A stretch of 64,000 nucleotides of DNA from Klebsormidium nitens (Eukaryota > Plantae > Klebsormidiophyceae), in assembly GCA_000708835.1 (NCBI GenBank), contig DF237197.1, positions 60,496-124,495 of the forward strand, read 5' to 3'. Positions 24,528-38,575 of this stretch are shown piece by piece (the stretch's first letter is position 1; every line of letters begins with the position of its first letter). A program made the translations under genes and the position numbers. The notes beneath the pieces were generated by a model that ran no database searches, was not told where the DNA came from, and worked only from the letters and a program-made list of their open reading frames with translations.

Positions 24528-27500
24528 TTATTGAACCAATTGTTGCCGCCGAATGTTCCAAAACCCCAACCCGTAGCCAAGTCTAATGAGAGCCAACTCG
24601 AAGAGCATGTGGAAGATGCTCGTGAAGCGTAGCTTCGACCCGGGTATCTCCGTCCACGTCACTGCCACCTCCTTGATTGGTATTCGCAGCGATTTCGCCA
24701 GGTATATAAGCTCGACGTCAAAACACCACCTGCAATTGCAGAGAAACAAGGTATGTCGCCAACTAAGCTGACTGAGGTTTGGAGGCGGCAAACATCAGGG
24801 CAAAGGATGCAGGAAAAGCAAGCAGCCAGAGAAGCACGGGAGCCTACAAGAAGTAACCAATCTGGACGGTTGGTCAACTTCTGCAGGCTTCTCATACAGG
24901 ATGTGAACACAATCGACCACTGGTAGGAAAAGCAGCGGTTTCTCACTTTGTGAATGAAGCGGACAGATCTTTCGAACACTCACCTATGGACCCGCTGGTT
25001 CGGAAAGATCTGTTGGACGGCGGACCTTGTGAACATCTTGAAGCCGCACTGCAGGTCGAGAGCACATGAATGTTAGGACACAGGGCAACTCACCGCAAAG
25101 TGACGTCATGGTTCACAGCGTGGCAGCAAATGACAGAATTACACAGTGGCGTTGCCTGGCTTCAGAATGCGCGAGGTCATTCAGAGAAGCGGTGCGTGTG
25201 AACAGTGCATCAGGCCAGCTGAGATCGGTCAACGTCCGCTCAACAAACTTTGGCACCGCAACTAGAAGACCGACGTCAGTAAGAAGCAGGAGACGTGAGA
25301 GGCACCAATGAGGCGCCCGACCAGCGACAGTTTGCAAGACCTGAGATGTCCTCAGAGGTTGAGGGTTAAGGAGCGGGTTAGCAAAGCCGACGACGGCGTA
25401 CCTGCGTGTCCTTGACTCCAGGCCCTGCCACCATGAGCACACACAAGTGGAAGCCCCGCATCAAAAAGTTTCGGTACCATTTCCGCTGCACGAGATCGAG
25501 CCGAATCAGGAATATGTTGGCGTAACCTTGCAATGATCTCAGCAACTCCCGGCGGTAGAGATGTGCCGCAGCGATTTGCTGGCAAATTTCAGTTAATGCT
25601 GCACGACCGGTCGCAGCTACGGTTTGAATCAGAAGGACCGCACCCTAACGCAGGACCGTGCATCTTGGATGCCTCGAGCGAGAATTGCGTGACGGAATAC
25701 AACAGGACGCCAGGCGGCGATGGTATTTTCACATGCCAACCCCCTTACTTGCCTTCTCGCCACACACGCAATCGCCAAGCCCGGGCAATCACGTTCAAAC
25801 CCTTTGCCAGATACGCTCGCTCTAACGCTCGAGCCCATATGAAATGTCAACCATCCGAAAACCCTTGTCAACGAAGCACTGTTGCAGCTTGTTTCTTTTC
25901 GGTCAGTTGTTTATGCGCAAACCTCAATTGTTAGAAGGCGGGTCTTTTTCTGCCGTCAGGGGAATTCGTACAGATTTCAGATGGCGGACTTTCAAACCCT
26001 AAAAGGAAGCCCCAAAGGGTAAGTCCCACCAAAGGGCCCACCTTGGCAATGGCCAGCTTCTCGAGGTGCGCGCGCGAGCCCACCGCCATCGCCGCAAAAC
26101 TCCCCACGTGGCCCTTCAAGCTCTGCTTCGCTCCGCTGCGGGTGACGGGCGCCGGGCTCGCGCTGTGGACCGCGGTGCGCTCGAGCGCGAGGAGCTGGAA
26201 AGCACGGGCAGTCCGTATGTCAGGACCCGGGTTCACTGAAGGGTTAGGGGTTAACGGTCTCGAGCAGAGGGTTTTTGACGAAGATACTTCCACACCGCAA
26301 ATAGACCCGGACGTAAAACCATTCTGAGAAGCCACGGGGCTCGTTTCGAGTTGGCTTGGGGCCCTTCTGCTTCGGCCGAGGTGCTTTCTGGGACAGCATC
26401 AAGGTTTGACTTCCACATGACCTCTATCACACCGTCCAAGACCCATCTCGACCACGCCAAAAAGCATCGGAAGCCTTTGACAAGTTTATCGTAGTTATGT
26501 CGTGTTGAGATTCCCTACCTCTTGCTCGAGCTTGCTGAGGTCATGTATGTCGGTAGCGGCGTCGGCGTCCATAAAGAGCGCCAGCTCGCCCCGTGAGCTC
26601 AGCATGCCCTGCAGACATGCAGGGTGAGATTCATGTGATAAGCTGACATGATCAGTGGTCCATTTGACAGCCGTGTACTTGAAGCTAAAGCGCGACAAGA
26701 GGACTCGTTTTGTTGGGACGTGAGTCAAGCACTTTTCTCCACTGGAACTGTATGACTGAGCGGCTGTAACATTCTTCCCTACGTCTCTTTGTTTGCGAGG
26801 ACGACCTCCTATGTGAAGAACGAGCGGACGTTGCGGACCGACACTCGAGAGCTGAGAACGCTCGGGACACATTCTTGTGCAACAGTTATTGCGGCGCCAC
26901 ACCTTTAGCATCGTCGGAACGAGAAGCAGATGTTAACCTTCCAGGGACCTCCAGTTATAAAAAAGACTGCTCATCAGGCGGGACCAAAGACATACCCTCT
27001 GGACTGCGGCGCCCTTCCCCTGGTTGCGCCCCAGCTTGATGACGCGCACCACGTCCAGCGAGTGCTTCCGCACAAACTCAAAGGCCGCCTTGGCGGTCCC
27101 GTCCTTGCTGCCGTCGTCCACAACGATGATCTGAAACGAGGTTTCTCCTCAGTTGGTTCAAAGCAGCAAATTCAAAGGAGTACTTGTCATTACGGACAAA
27201 CTTTTTCTTGCTGCCATCCAAAACGATTCAAAACGTGAAACGCTGGTATTCTTACCGAGGAGAGTGAGCTTCACAAACTTCTGAATGGAGGTTTGTTGAA
27301 GGTAGTCAAGTTCTGTAGATTTGAGCGGGTGGAAGAGTATGACGTCTTCGGGGTGCCAAGATGTTGACACACTTCAAACAAGACACTTGTCACACAAAAT
27401 CGAACCCAACAAATACTGCACAAACTTTTCAAACCTCTACATCGTTTTCAAGGTGCTGAAAGCGATTCAAAAAGCCATCGCTCTTACTGGAAGGTGAGCA

Positions 27501-29653
27501 GCATTCTAAGTGTGTCGTTCCACGAGCGGTGGAAGTAGGAATAAAAATTCCCTCATTGGCCCGAATATTCACTGCCGTCGGTCAACGGGCGGACTTCCGG
27601 GCAAATAAATGCCACGTCGGCGGCACAGCTTTTATGAAAACTCGACCCGAGTATTTGTAGGGTCGAACAAAAATATTTTTCTCTGCCGGGACGTGGCACC
27701 CAATCAAATGAGACGACGCCATGTCGGATTTTGCAGTAAGTACGCAATTTTTTAATGCCACTTCCATCGGCGAGCTATTCCACGGGCGGCCGGAAATTGT
27801 GATATATTGAACTTCCAGGCAAATTGCGGTCTCTTCAGAGCCACACGTTTTATATATTTTGCTGACTTCCACCACCGCTCGTGGAACGACACCCTAAGGC
27901 CGTATCCCGAGTATCCAACCTGTTCACTTTCTACGGGACTGAAGACTGATGCATACAAACAGAAGGAAAAGAACAAGGTGAACTTACCTCGTAAGTGAAA
28001 GACGTGTCTGCCTTTGCGCGCTGCTGTAGAAAACTGCACGTTGAACAACCGACCATCGTAAGCCCTTGTCACACCACAATCTTAATCAAACCCTGACGAT
28101 GGCCCTTGCTTTGGACCACGGCAAGAGCATAGTGGATACATTCAATGGTCTACTTAGCTTCAAGCGACACATCATTCTTGACGAGTTTGTACTTTAAGGT
28201 ACCCATAATGAGCATACAGCGAAAAGATAGTCGAGGTGAAGCAATGAATCTGTCTCTCACTATCTAGGATCCTAGCAAGCATCCTCACATACTCCATCAA
28301 CAGGCCATCCAAATCCGAAAGGCCGCGCTGACGCAGCTGGGGTTACTGTCTAGTAGCAGGTCACCTACCGGAGGGTTTCGTCGAGCGTGTCGGGAAGCCT
28401 GTCCTCCTCATTCATGGCGGGGATAATCAGCGAGATGTACTTGCTAGCGGGGGCAAAGACGGAGGGGAGAGGGACCTGCCAGCACCAAAAGCATAAGTTT
28501 TCTCTTTACTCAATGTTTCAGCACGATGAGGACCTCGCAGAAAGCCGTCTTGCTGTTTGTAAACAGGAGTTTTTGTGGACGTTAAGGAGAGTTGATGGCA
28601 GGCTGGCAATCTGATCACGTTTAGCACGTGGGATTGCGCCCAGCGCAAAGGAGCCTGGCACGGACTGGAGCGAACTGACACAAAGTGACCTTCCCGTTTG
28701 AGCGCTTGCTCAAATCTGGGGTAAGCCAGAAAGGGGGAAAAGGCAGTCGACTTTTCGATGAAAAGAAAGGGTCCCGGCAATACATGGCCCTGTTCCATCA
28801 CTTTGCAGATTCACGAGCATTCTGCGCCATAAGCTACGACTAATCTCCATCTCTGGCGTGACACTGTCCCCAACGAGCCAACTCCTTTCTCGCGCCGCTG
28901 ATTGATGCCACCACTAGTGAGCATTTCAGCTTTCACAGCGGACGGATCCTCACCTTCTCCAAGGACGTCGGGTCCTCGAGGAAGTACGACGTGCTGACAT
29001 TCCTGAACAACCAAGAAACGAGTATCAGCAAGAACCATTGTGTGGGGCGAATGCCGCAAGTGTCCATGTGGCATGTGTGTCTTGGGTGGAGAATCAGGGT
29101 TACAATAAGAATGCAATGAAAGCATCCAGTGCCAGCTTAATTAGACCCCGTGAGTCCCTCTCTCAGCTCGCCCCTCACAACTGGTAAGTTCTAGGCCGCC
29201 TGGCAACGAAGCACGCGTGCTCGAAATCGAGCTGGATGCAGTGCACATGCCGGACAAGCTGAAGGTGCATTTCGGAGGTGGAATGTGGCTTGCTTACTTG
29301 CTGATATGATCAAGATGGCGAAGCCTTTCCAGAATGTATGTTGACACCCAGATAACGACGAGCGTCACCTGTAATTACAGAGAAGCCATAATGATCAGGT
29401 GCCCCACATTAAAGTACAACATTTGCGGCAGATCCCACACCCATCAGATGAAAATTCATCAGCTGTAGCATACCTTGCAGAACTCCGCTAGACAAACGAA
29501 AGCTGAACATTCAAGGCAGTTCTCTGTGGCATCACTGATGGAGGCAATCGATCTCCCAAATATTTCCTGCATTCCAAGGCCTATAACCAATAAGCGCCAA
29601 CTTACCACAGCGAGTCCGACATAAGCCACTGCTGGTAAGTCTTGCGGCACCAT
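24528..29653 (-). CDS. ALG5: Dolichyl-phosphate beta-glucosyltransferase (GT2)
   Basis: Spliced exons give an N-terminal TM, FLEDPTSLEK-VPLPSVFAPASKYISLIIPAMNEEDRLP, YEIIVVDDGSKDGT, NQGKGAAVQRGML, FMDADAAT, AVGSRAHL, DTQCGFKMFTR and RWCFDVELIYLA..EVAVTWTEIPGSKL. Confidence 0.95.
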
Positions 29654-30340
29654 CGCCTCCGCTTTGCTAAAACCGCGCGCTCAGCGTCCCTTCATACCCA
29701 GATTAGCTCTCCGCAGGCCCTGCCACATTGCTCTTGACTTTGTTCACCATCTCGGTCGGTCTATCTGCGGCTTATCTGCGGCCAAATAGGCATGCTGCAT
29801 GAGCGCTGCCAGCCACCGGATGCATTGTGTCTGGACTCAGGAGAGGTGTCGGTGGCTCAGACTCAGAGTACAGTATGTAAGGCTGGAGGCAACTCTGGGT
29901 CAACTCTGGGTCAACTTGGTTTGACTGTACGGTCCTTTGAACCGTCGATTGCCTTTTTGCAGCCGCTAAGTTGCTCAAACTTTTGAATTTTGGCCAATAC
30001 CAACGCTTCGATGACAAGCAAGTTCCTAGGGCGGGTTCGGACGATCCAGACTGCGTGCTCAAACTGGCCCAAACGTCCATTTCGTCCGACTCCATACCCC
30101 GTAACCCCGGGTTAGGTTGCAGAACCCTGGGGCAGGACGGTTCGTCTTGGGCCAGCGCAAGGATACGACACCCTCATGCAGAAGACAAGCAGCTCGCATA
30201 TGGGAAGCTCTCATAGCTGAGCGCTATTAAGGCAATCTATGGCAGCAAGTCGTATCTGAGCGGCGAGAAGTGGTCGAAAGGTGGTGGCTCAGGTAGATTG
30301 TGCTGGAGCTGCTTCTTTTGTGTGGAGCAATTGAGGAATC

Positions 30341-33300
30341 ATGGCAGCAACAGCCTTGAGGATCAGCAGCCATGCACCAACTACGTGGCTCACGACGGGA
30401 AGTACGAGAACATCGAAACCTTCGCATGAGAAATCCATGCAAACCTCGACAAACAGAAGCGCCAACTTTTTTCAATGCAGCAGCGCCTCTTTCCAGCACC
30501 TTGAAGCAGCGAGCAGAAGGGTTTCTAGAGTGCGGAGTGCCTGCGAGCCCTTGACCTTTACAGGCCTGTCAGTCAAGGAGCGAGCTGTGAGTAATTCGAG
30601 GCTGCAGTCGAAGTTGCCTGCCATTGAAAGATTGGGCTCTGGTTGCTCATCCTGGTTTGGTCAGCAGACCAGCGCAAGAGTTGATGGCCCTGCGGCTGGA
30701 CGAAGCAACTCAACCAGATGCTCTGCAAGCGCAGAGAGCACTCAGGAACAGCAGGTTAGAAAACGTCACCAGCGTTTGTCTTGCTTTCTCGGAATGAGGG
30801 GCCTTTTTTCCAGTTCGAAGCCCGGTGCTGGGTGTGAAACCAATCTTCTGACCTTGGGATTCGATCACTGACCTTGTTTGGCAAATCTAAAGCAAGCCTT
30901 AACCGTGGCTTTCTGTGTACACATGTTACAATAGATAGAGACATCAACTTCAGTGCTAACAGAGCTAGTCTTAGAACAGCACTTCATAGACTATCTAAAG
31001 CTTTTCTCATCTGGTGGTGTCATTTCTCCAAATTGAGATTCATTGACTTTGAGAAAACCACCTTCTGGTATCATCCGACTTGTCCTTCTCGTGTCGCGTT
31101 TGGTGCCAGTTTCTTCTGCAGACTTCCGTTCAATTTGGATTGTGAGATGAGGTTGCTTTTATATAACTTGTTTGCTTGTTGATAAGTACTTTCATGTTCG
31201 TTTGGAGTTGATGAGCGGTAAGTTTTGCACGTGCATGACGGTCTCTTTTGAATGAGTTACTGAAGAAAGGCTGCAGGCCAATCGACCTTCGAAATGGCTG
31301 TGCAGATTATGGAGATTCCGAACGTCCATTTGTTTTCAGAGTACATTCTGCATTTGGAAGATCAAGGAACAGTCCATTGACACGAATCCTCCATTGACAC
31401 GAATCCTCTCTTTCGTAGAGCGTCCTTCAGGCCGGAATAACTCGCTGGACACGTCAGCACTTTCAAACACCTCCGAATGTTCTGCAGAGAATTTCAAGCC
31501 CCAGCGCCACTCCCCGCCCCGCTACCAAGCGCCCCGCCGGCAGCAAGGACAAGTTCGAGCGCACCAAGCCCCACGTGAACATCGGCACGATCGGCCACGT
31601 GGACCACGGCAAGACCACGCTAACCGCCGCCATAACCATGGCGCTCGCCCCCAACAGCGGCCTAACCCCCAAGCGCTACGACGAGATCGACTCTGCCCCG
31701 GAGGAGAGGGCACGTGGCATCACCATAAACACGGCGACAGTCGAGTACGAGACGCGGGAGAGGCACTACGCCCACGTGGACTGCCCGGGGCATGCGGACT
31801 ACGTGAAGAACATGATCACCGGGGCGGCGCAGATGGACGGCGCGATTCTGGTGGTGTCGGGAGCGGATGGCCCGATGCCGCAGACCAAGGAGCACATCCT
31901 GCTGGCAAAACAGGTTTGGCACTTTTCCCCCCCGACAATCCAGTCTGCTCTCATAGTTACGAAAATTGTCAGCATGGTTTCCCCTCGTCGGACCGCTGGT
32001 TGCTTTCTTCCTGCTCTGCAAGCTCCCGTGTTCGTGCCTCACTGCTTAATGAAGCGCTCATCGGATTGCCCTTTCGGTCTGATTGTCTGGATTCCTGTAT
32101 CGACGACTTAGAATGTACGAACCAATCGCAACGTCCGAGAGACCTTACCCAATGGAAGTGCTTCCCATGCAAGCGCTTCGAGCTTTGGCCTCCCGTTTCC
32201 AACTCGAACGGTTCTGCAAAGCTGCGTTAATATGTTGCCGTCTTTTGTCTCATTGCTTCTCGAAGTTGTCCAACTGTCTCAATTCAGCCGCAAACAGCTT
32301 CGTTTCTCAGAAGTCCCTCGTTCCAGGGAATCGAATCTGCGTTTGTCGAATTTGCGTTTTGCATGTTTCTTACTCACCAAATCCCCGATCCCTGAAACGT
32401 AAGGGTTGACCGGTTTCGCACCACTTCTCCGTCTCCGTCGGAGAAAAAGAAGGAAAGTAGTTTTCCTGGACACATGACCTGAACACGTCGACTGCGAGAA
32501 ATGTCAAACCTTGAACCCCGTCTTCTCTGCAGGTCGGTGTCCCTTCAATGGTCCTCTTCCTCAACAAGGAAGACCAAGTCGACGACGAGGAGCTCCTGCA
32601 GCTGGTCGAGATGGAAGTCCGCGAGACGCTCAACTACTACGACTTCCCGGGGGACGATCTCCCAGTCGTCTCCGGCTCCGCGCTGCTCGCGCTCGAGGCG
32701 CTTAGCGCGGGACCCGTCGCGCGCGGTGTGAATAAGTGGGTGGACCGCGTGTACGCTCTCATGGACGCGGTCGACGAGCGCATTCCCACCCCCGCGCGCG
32801 AGACGGACAAGCCGCTGCTCATGGCGGTCGAGGACGTGTTCTCGATCACCGGGCGCGGGACCGTGGCCACCGGGCGCATCGAGCGCGGGACGGTGCGCGT
32901 CGGGGAGCCGGTGGAGCTGGTCGGGCTGCGCGCGACGCGCGCGAGCACGGTGACCGGGCTGGAGATGTTCAAGAAGCTGCTGGAGGAGAGTATCGCCGGG
33001 GATAACGTGGGGATGCTGCTCCGGGGGGTGCAAAAGGCGGACATCGAGCGGGGGATGGTGATTGCGAAGCCGGGGACAATCAAGCCGCACACGAGGTTTG
33101 AGGCGCAGGTGTACGTGCTGAAGAAGGAGGAGGGCGGCCGCCACTCGCCGTTCTTCGCGGGGTATCGGCCGCAGGTGAGGGCGCGAGGGCGGCCTACTTA
33201 TCTGGTTCGGGCTCGGCAATTGCTTTGCTTGAAGGTCTTATTGTTCAAGACTTCATCACGAGAATTTGAAACGTGAATTTTGAACGTGGCGACCAAGAGG

Positions 33301-33772
33301 TAAAAGTTCTTGGCTTGACGAGTGTGCGCTTTTGACTCGAACCGGGTTCTGTTCAGGCCAATGACAACAATTGACTGGACTTGCAGGCTAGGTTTTCCAG
33401 ACACGGTCAATGCCAGAAGCTATTTGCAAGGCACCCTGTGCTGAAACCTTGACGATATCCAACACCCTTCCGTGGTGAACCTTGAAATTTCTGTTTGTCA
33501 AATGAGTTTGCTTGTTGAAGTCAAAAGGCCGCAGGTAAACTCATTCTTGATTACAACTGCAGTTCTACGTGCGCACTACGGACGTCACGGGGAATGTGCA
33601 GTCGTGCTGGAACGACTCGGGGGAGCCGACGCGTATGGTGATGCCAGGGGACAGAGTGAAGATGCAAGTGGAGCTCATTCAACCGATAGCAATCGAGAAG
33701 CAGATGCGGTTTGCGATTCGAGAAGGGGGGCGTACGGTTGGGGCGGGTGTCGTATCCGAACTGCTCGACTAG
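30341..33772 (+). CDS. tufA: Nucleus-encoded plastid elongation factor Tu with long N-terminal transit/extension
   Basis: Exons 30341-30754, 31488-31913, 32533-33174 and 33563-33772 are all phase 0. The product has [49 protein letters not shown] and [10 protein letters not shown] (cyanobacterial/plastid-type signatures). Exon 1 is Ser/Thr/Ala/Arg-rich like a transit peptide. Confidence 0.95.
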
Positions 33773-35065
33773 GGGGAGTTCAGAAAAAAGTCGCGCTCTC
33801 GGCACTCTCGGTAGTCTTTGCCTCGGAGTTACCTCTGAGAGATGCGAACGGTGTGCCGGCTAGAAGGTATTCCTACCGTATTCACAATTGCTTCAATCAT
33901 GGATGATTGGAGCCATGCAGGCACAGATAAGCTTCGATAGGGAACGCTGTCACTATACGATATAGGTTTGATCCTAACGATTTTCTGTCGAAGGTCTGCA
34001 AATGCTGACTGAATACATGATTAAGAAGAGATTTTTACTTTGTGAATGAGCGGAGGCTGCTCATGGGAGATTTCCGCTGCCTACGAAGTTGCGAGAAAAT
34101 TTTGTGTTGGAAAGTACGTTAAGCGACGCGCCCCTTGTGGGAGACCAGATTGCATTTTAGCCTCAAGTCTTCGTACTGCAGCATCGATGCCGGACAACTT
34201 CAGCATCCGCAGCCTGTACCGTCCAGTCAGAAGTTCCAATTGAAACCGATTCGATCACGCTGTTTCAAGTCAAATACTGTCTTGACGTATGTCTTCTACC
34301 AGCATCAAACACTTTTCAGGTCGGATGCTATCGTGAGATTTGTTTTGAGACCACATCAACATGTGGATGCGCACGCAATACAACAATAGTACTTACTGCG
34401 CGTTCGCGAACCTGCGAAAGTGTTAGCTGATCAGATCCAACATGAAAGTGCTTGACAGTTGAGAGAGTCTTCTCAGATGATTGATGGGTTGCGACTACGT
34501 TGCGACAGCTCAATGCTACGCAATCCTTGGGCCTGGCCCCTTACCATGTGCGCGCGGCTACTTTCAAGTGAGGTACGAGGACGCGGCCGCGGAACATGCT
34601 TGCACGCGAACGGTCAGGCTTTAGCGACTTCCAATTCTCGAGCACATCGACGGTGGCAGTTGCTTGATTGACATTTAAGAAGCCAAGGAGAGTTTCAGCA
34701 AGGATGCCACGCTGGCATCACCCATCCCGCAGCTGTCTCATGCCAGGCATGGAATCCGACCAAGTAGGAAAGAGAGGGTTAAGCTTGTCATCAACACTGT
34801 ACGACAAGGCCTCTGTACTCTGATAAGTCTTATGTAAACAGTAGCTTAGCCTGCCTTCTTCTCCAATCGTTGTGTAAGATGGTGATGGCTTGTCGGACGT
34901 AAGTACTCACCCGTGAGTACCTCGACGGAGAGCGAGTAAGGGGCCTGTAATACCGTCGAGTCTGAGGTCTGCTTTTTGAGGAAGACGCCTCACGAAATGT
35001 GGATTGTTCGTATGTCGTTTCACAAAGAGATTGCAACTTAAGGGGACGAGGCGGGCGCTGCCACA

Positions 35066-38000
35066 ATGATCGAGTACTCTGATACATGGGGTGGTCTTTC
35101 CTTGCTCAACAGGCTGAGAGGCTCGCCCTTCCCAGCTTCAGTCATCTTTGCTTTGGGAAGTTCTATCATTGCCGTACTTATCTCTTCTTTGGCTGATGGG
35201 AAGAGATATGGGAGCTACTTTGGGGACCCAAGCGTTCCTGGTGAGTGTTTTGGCCTTCTTTAGGCATCATGATTCCGAAGATGAACTCGCCCTAGGCCCT
35301 ATCTTTGCCTGCTAGTGTGCTGCCATGCAAGATTTTCTACGATTCTGTCAAAGGCATCATAATCCGGTAGAATTATCATGTTATCATCAACATGACTGCC
35401 AAGGTCCAGACAAGTTGTTGAAATACGTGAAAGATACGCTGATATTTTGCAGTTCAACTCTTCGGTTTAATACTGGGCGCAATCCTGGTTGGGAGGCTTT
35501 TCGCTGCCTACAAAACATTCACATCTGCGGAGTCAAAGATGAGGCACATGTCGTAAGTTACATTTCTCATTTAGTCAACTATTCTAGTCATCCAGCTTAA
35601 ACATGGTGTTTTTAACTCTCATTAAACTTCGTACTGTCTTTTATCTCCATCACTTTGCATGTCTTCGTCTTAGACCTAGAAAAGTGTTATTAACATATAG
35701 GTTACATTTTTGCAGATCTAGATGGTCTGACGTCATATTGAACGGCATCATCTTTGATCAATCGTCCGAGATTACGCCAACTGCAAGAGAGGGGCCAGTG
35801 TTCCAGCGAGATTTTGTCCATCTGCTCAGCCTTCTTCACGCTTTGGCTTTCATGGTAGGTCTCATCTTTGATCAAGATTGAAAAGCAGACTTCAATGAGA
35901 ATGAGGCGATGTCTGCGCTGATCTTTGCATCTTTGACTGCCTGTAGCAAAGACATGCATGGTCGATACATCTCACATGTTTCCTGATACAATTCTCGAAT
36001 ATGCTTCTGCAAAAACCGATATGTCAGGCGCATAATGCCAACAAAAGCTGTATCGCAATATGAATCTGACCAGGTAATACAATCCTGCAGCATCTTCGAG
36101 GCGATCATCTGATTGAGAATCTGGTGAAAGAAAAGGAAGTCTCACACATGAGAGCTCCGTTGCGGCAAATCGGAGGAAGCTTTGGATTCAGAAACTTTCT
36201 GAGGTCCGCAGCCGGAATCTTTCAGAGCAAGGCAGAAAAATCCGCGAACTTGAATCGAGCAAAGCCCTTGGCTGTCATCAATGGCGTTACGGAGAATGAA
36301 GCTTACTTCCTCCGTGGTTGCGACGACAAGGTCCAATGTGTATTGGCCTGGTGAGAAATTTCTGCAAAAGTCTCCTCGGATTGAAGTATGGCATGTCTAG
36401 CATGAGCATATCTAGAAATGGTGGGTCTCTTCTGCGCTATGAGATCCTACATGAGAAAGATTTCTTAAACCCGATGGCGGATATCTGATATCTTTCTGCT
36501 CTTTTCCGTTCAGGATTACTCGGTTAATTGTCAACCGGGCTCGAGCGGGCGGCTTGAATGTTCCGGCGCCTGCAGTCGCTCTTTTGCACCAATGGCTGTC
36601 AGGTAACCTGAAGACTTTATCCACTTGCAGACGTCTAGAAGCAGCGGCGATCGAATCTCATGGTCACTTCTTAGAACGTCTCACTCTTGAGACGAAGTTC
36701 TTGGTGGCAATTACTTTTGTCAAGCGTCACAATGGTTCATCATCTCCGAATCCACTCTCGTTTAACTCACACTGTGTATCGAAGCTGCTGCAGATGGCCA
36801 AGCCAGCTTCATGGAGCTGCGTGGTATGGTGGACACACCATTTCCGTTCCCGTTCGCTCAGCTTATCGAGCTCCTCCTGTTTGCTTTCACCATCCTTCTG
36901 CCCATCACGGCAGCAGGCTACTTGTACTCCCCGGTTTTGGTCTGGATCTTCACTCTGACCACTGTATTGGCGTTCAGAACCGTTAATGAGGTAAGATTCA
37001 GGCGCTTTATTTTACTTTTCCAGGTGTTCTACCAGCCGCAATGAATGCGGATTCTAGAAAGTTTCACTTGCTGCGAGCATCGACTTTAGCCATCAAAATA
37101 TATGTTTTCTTCAGTGGACTCGTCAATCCTGCACCAGAGTAAAGCTGACGACAACGTCCACGTTGCTTGCAGGTTGCGAAGATCCTGGAACGTCCGTTCA
37201 CAGCCTATCCAAACAACCTACCTTTGCAACTGTTGCAATACGAGTTCAACTTCCGGATCGCGTTCCTCTGCAAGGAGTTCTTGCTTCCAACCCCAGGTGG
37301 ATCATTGCGCAACAGCACAGAAACGGTACCGCCAGCCACAAGGGGTCCAGCAACGGAACAGAATGACAAGAAAGCACCAAGTCTTACAGCCGAGAAAGCC
37401 GCTGAAGGGGCAGGAAAGGAATCGACTCCTTTGCAGCCTCCGCCACCAATCTCTCAGGCTGACAAGGCTGACCGTTGGCGCAAACTTCTGCAGCAAAATG
37501 AAGCAGGTCGATCTCTACAGAAAGGTACAACCCTTGTAGCCGCAGCAGTTGAGAAGCTCAAAGAACAGGGGCTTATAGTGCAGGAAAGCGCAGAAAGATC
37601 CGTTCCAGTCCGTGATGGGAAGGGAGCAACGTCCCCCGAGAAGGCCAAAACTGAGCCTGACAACCCCGGTATTCGACAGAAGGCTCTTCTCCAGCGAGTT
37701 GGCGAGGACTCGGATGAGGATGTGAAGGCAAGGAAGGTCGATTACGGAGCAGCTCAGGACCCGCCACTAACGAAGGCCCAAAATATCACAAGAACCTCGA
37801 GCAATGCTGCGTATTCCCCCGAGCGCCGTTCGCTTTCAACCGGGCGAATTCGATCACCACCAAAGCCGTCTCGCCAAACCAGGGAGCCGCGTCCTGTGGA
37901 ACCTCTCAACATCATGGTGGACCAGAAGAGAAAGCCCGCTCCTCAACGCTCGAACTCCGAAGCCGGTAAGAATAAAGGACATTCAAAGCCAGTAGATGGG

Positions 38001-38575
38001 ATTGGACGTCTGGCCGTCGCACAACCCAGCCTGCTGGGTTTCCCCCCCCATTTGCGAAATCCCTTAAGCAAGGGAAGGTAACCTCAAGCATAGAGATATC
38101 AGAGAAGTATTTTCTTCCAACGGTCCGTGATGAGATTCTCATGAGCTGCTGCACCAACTTTCGCTTCATCGAACGGAACCGAGGAGAGTTGTGCTCTACA
38201 AAAAGCAATCCTTTGTGTGCAGGTAGCTCTCACATGCCGGAACGGAGGAGACCGTCAACTGGGGGTGCCGATTCCAATACTCACAAAGCAGTGACAACGC
38301 AGCGCGATGAGGAAGGCCCTGCCAAGCAACGCGGCATCCGCCCGTCCTTCATCGAAACTGCAGAGAACCTGCTCGAGTCAGTGGCCAGCGACAAATCAAG
38401 CAATAAGCCAGACCCTCCCAAGAACCCGACGGCAAACGGGCAGAATCCGAAGGCTCAGGAGAAGGTTGCTTACACACCGGGTCACCACGGAGACGAGGAT
38501 AACGGCGACATCTGCTTGTACGATGAAGAGGCTGCGGCTACTCCCGCACCAGCGAAAGAGTACTTGCCCTGGTGA
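35066..38575 (+). CDS. Bestrophin/UPF0187 (RFP-TM) family anion-channel-like protein with long disordered C-tail
   Basis: Spliced exons give LFGLILGAILVGRLFAAYKTF, DFVHLLSLLHALAF, GCDDKVQCVLAW, GGLNVPAPAV, DTPFPFPFAQL + TM helices and ILERPFTAYPNNLPL. The 3' end is either 38081 or 38575 (last exon less certain). Confidence 0.8.

Noticed and set aside
32545-33219. Long antisense/alternate-frame ORFs (also 1094-1885, 1771-2316, 9940-10518, 59354-60247)
   Set aside because: They are shadows of GC-rich coding exons with no independent motifs or splice support.
31575-33772. Bacterial tuf gene / prokaryotic contamination
   Set aside because: It is interrupted by three GT-AG introns, has a transit-peptide exon, and sits among spliced eukaryotic genes.
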